DNA from: Mobula birostris
Lineage: Eukaryota
Reading direction: 5' to 3'
Length of the DNA: 64,000 nt
Assembly (NCBI RefSeq): GCF_030028105.1
Contig: NC_092370.1
Coordinates: forward strand, 65,645,638 to 65,709,637
This document shows positions 61,421 through 64,000 of the stretch, piece by piece (within the stretch, counting starts at the first letter, position 1; the number at the start of each line of letters is the position of its first letter). The position numbers and the translations under genes are program-made. The notes under the pieces are model-generated. The model had not been told where the DNA came from. It saw only the letters and a program-made list of their open reading frames with translations, and ran no database searches.

Positions 61421-64000
61421 TTTTAAATATTTTTTACCAATAACTTTGTAACTTAGAAATTGATTGTTGAGTTTGAAGCAGTGAAAAATATTTCTAATCA
61501 CTTGTTTTTCCAGTGCCTGTTGATTTGAAAAGGCTTCTTAATATCTTTTCAAAGCGTATTAAATTACCTCCAATAATAATTTGGAATCTTTCAAAATTTT
61601 TTAAAGGTTTGAACATGCTATGCACCTTACACATTGTAAATGTTTTGGAAAATTATTCTAACACTGTAAAAGGCTCTGACATGTTTTGAATGACTGATGG
61701 CTAATGCTTATTAGTAAGCAGATTTGTGCAATCTTATTCTGAGATGCTGGCACAGAAGTTTCAAAATGGCCTTGCTGTCAAAATACTGCTCACGCAGACA
61801 CTAATGTTTATGCCTACTTTGCGTTATTTCCTCCTGCAACTTCCTGTCCACTATAAAGTAAATACAACTGTGCTGCTGCATGCCACTAATGTGGGTGAAA
61901 AAGTAGGTTGGTGCAGTGGAAAAGCTATTTACATAAATAAATTGGGTTTTCTTTGAATTTATGGTGAAGTTCCAGTGAGAGCAATAGCAGCCCTGAGAAA
62001 TTCCTGAAGTACCATGCTGCAAGGAATGAAAAATCCAGTCAATGTGAAGAAGCCTTGTGAAATTGATGGTTGTGGTGGCATCTTGGAAGTTCAGGAAAAT
62101 AAATAGCTGTTCTTATATAGCATCTTTCACATCACACTCAAGATATTTCCTTATTGTTTACAACCAATGAAGAACTTCTGAAATACAGCACTAAACATTT
62201 TGCAAGATTGAGGCTATGGTCTACCATGACTGATTTTCATGACAGTCAAAAAGCTGAACAACTGAAAGTTCCACTGTGTGTTCTCCATGGCCTTAACTGT
62301 CTTATCCAGCTTTCTCAGTCTTACATATTAACATTCAGTTTTGTGCAAATCAAATGGTGTGCTGAGGTGGTGAAGCCAGCTGATTCATGAGGGATCATCG
62401 GAATTTCTGAAGCAAGAAATAAGTTTTCTCTATCCCAATGATCTATAGATCTTACGTTTAAATGGAAGTCAATGATTCTCAATGTGATCATGGAAATAGC
62501 AATTAATAATATGGCTTTATATTGCTAAATATCAAATAGAAAAATAGGTTTGTAACTTTACAGTTGAAAGACTAAGAAGTTAAAATTCTTTTATATCTGA
62601 AACAGTTTTGTTTAAAAATACCTTAGTAGAAACATAGTTGGTTTTTGTAAAAGATATGAGCTGTTGTAGGTGGGATTGATGTTCTTCCAAATAAACCAAA
62701 CACATGATGATAAATGAGCTTTGAAATGTGTTCCTCCAAATATCTAATATTGTGTCTTGGAAGCAGAAAAAAAACTGAGGAAACAAATAAATGTTTACAT
62801 ATTAGAACCGTGGAATAACAGCACATGCCCTTTGGCAACCAAACCTTTGTGCTGTCTTTGTCCGTCCTGCAGCAATGCAGTATGAAGGCACCATGGTCAA
62901 ATTCCCCTTAGAGAGCACATTGTCTTTTATTTATATGTGGTGACTATGAGAGTAAAATCAAGTTTCTGTGTATCATTACTTTTTTTCTCTCTCTACTGTT
63001 TAGCCAGTTCATAGTTAAAATTTAGTGACTAATCTTTCAACATAGTAAAGGTTGGACACATACCATTTTAATAAAGGGAGTTTCGTCGATGGGATGTATG
63101 TTCCACAGCCACAAGTTCCAGCATCTTTGAGGCTCTGTGAACAGGCAGTATTAGCTCCGGATTATAAGTTATAGTAGTTAATTTATTTTTGAAAATTGCA
63201 GCCTTTTTATCTCAGGTTTATAGTACAGGAATAAGAGCAAAAGTTGAAACATGGCCAGTGTCCTGGTGCTGGTGCTCAGTGATCAGGTTACTGCTGACTG
63301 GGTGGTGAGAAAGTTCTTCTAGCACTGACTACAGCAGTAGGGACAGTTTCATGAAAGGGGAACTGAGCTGAAGGTGATTCAGTGCCCTCTATACTCACTT
63401 CCAGCAAAAATATTTGTAAATTAGAGTTCCAAAGAGGGCAGTCATTTCACCCTCCTCCTTACCTTCACTCCCATTCTTCAGGACAGAAAGCGCAGAAGTG
63501 CTTGCAGGCTATAATATGTTCTTCTGTTTCCTCAATAAGGGCTTCCTGACTTTAATTCCACTTCTGTTCAAACTAAACCCGTCTCTTGTCACTCCCTGCA
63601 CCTTTTACTATCCCACCATGCAATTCCATTCTCTGCTCCCTCTCTGTAGCTTTCAACACAAGTTATTCTGATCTGATTCTTCCCTTGCCCCCGAGACCTT
63701 TCAATGTCCTGTCCATTCTAATCCCACTGACTACTCTCTCTTTGTGCCCTTCAGTATCTCACCTATTCTATTGCTTAGCTACCTTAACTTCCTGAACCTT
63801 CCAATACCGCACTAATACCTCCATTTACTTCCTCTGCCCTCTATATTCAGGTCAAATTTGAGCATCAGTAGTTTTGCCTCCAGTGCAGATGCACCACCAC
63901 AGTCAATTAGTTTTTGTGTCACGGTTTGCAGTAGTAAATATGTCCGTATATATAGGGGAATGAGTTTGGCAGATTGGGCCATTATGGGTGAATTTATTCA

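Noticed and set aside
1-64000. CRISPR array, operon or other prokaryotic system
   Set aside because: No regularly spaced repeats or dense coding; the content is vertebrate retroelement-rich DNA.

Overview
Repeat-dense, AT-rich vertebrate genomic DNA. The repeat families (CR1 with (TTTCTATG)n tails, Rex1/Babar, V-SINE, Penelope pLTRs) suggest a cartilaginous fish, probably a batoid; this is an inference. No host gene can be named. The window reads as a very long intron or intergenic tract; weak + strand exon candidates lie at 4300-4407, 4566-4613 and 28411-28479. Main content: (1) Two Gmr1-type Gypsy LTR retrotransposons with integrase before RT. Element 1 (6333-11234, +) has a tRNA-Pro PBS and near-open gag-protease but an eroded pol. 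Element 2 (37124-43760, -) has a TTAG TSD and a pol relic but has lost U5, PBS and capsid. (2) Two solo LTRs with TSDs. (3) Many CR1 and Rex1/Babar LINE fragments, often nested, plus a 5'-truncated L1 with a 14-bp TSD, a deleted Tc1 element and SINE remnants. (4) About a dozen Penelope-like 3' repeats carrying a minimal hammerhead ribozyme; the best copy is at 27668-27803. (5) A textbook candidate recursive-splicing site (polypyrimidine-CAG|GTAAGT) on the minus strand at 27941/27940. The strongest leads are the hammerhead elements, the gag/protease-retaining non-autonomous Gmr1 element and the recursive splice site. All alignments were done by eye, and boundaries of degraded repeats are approximate.
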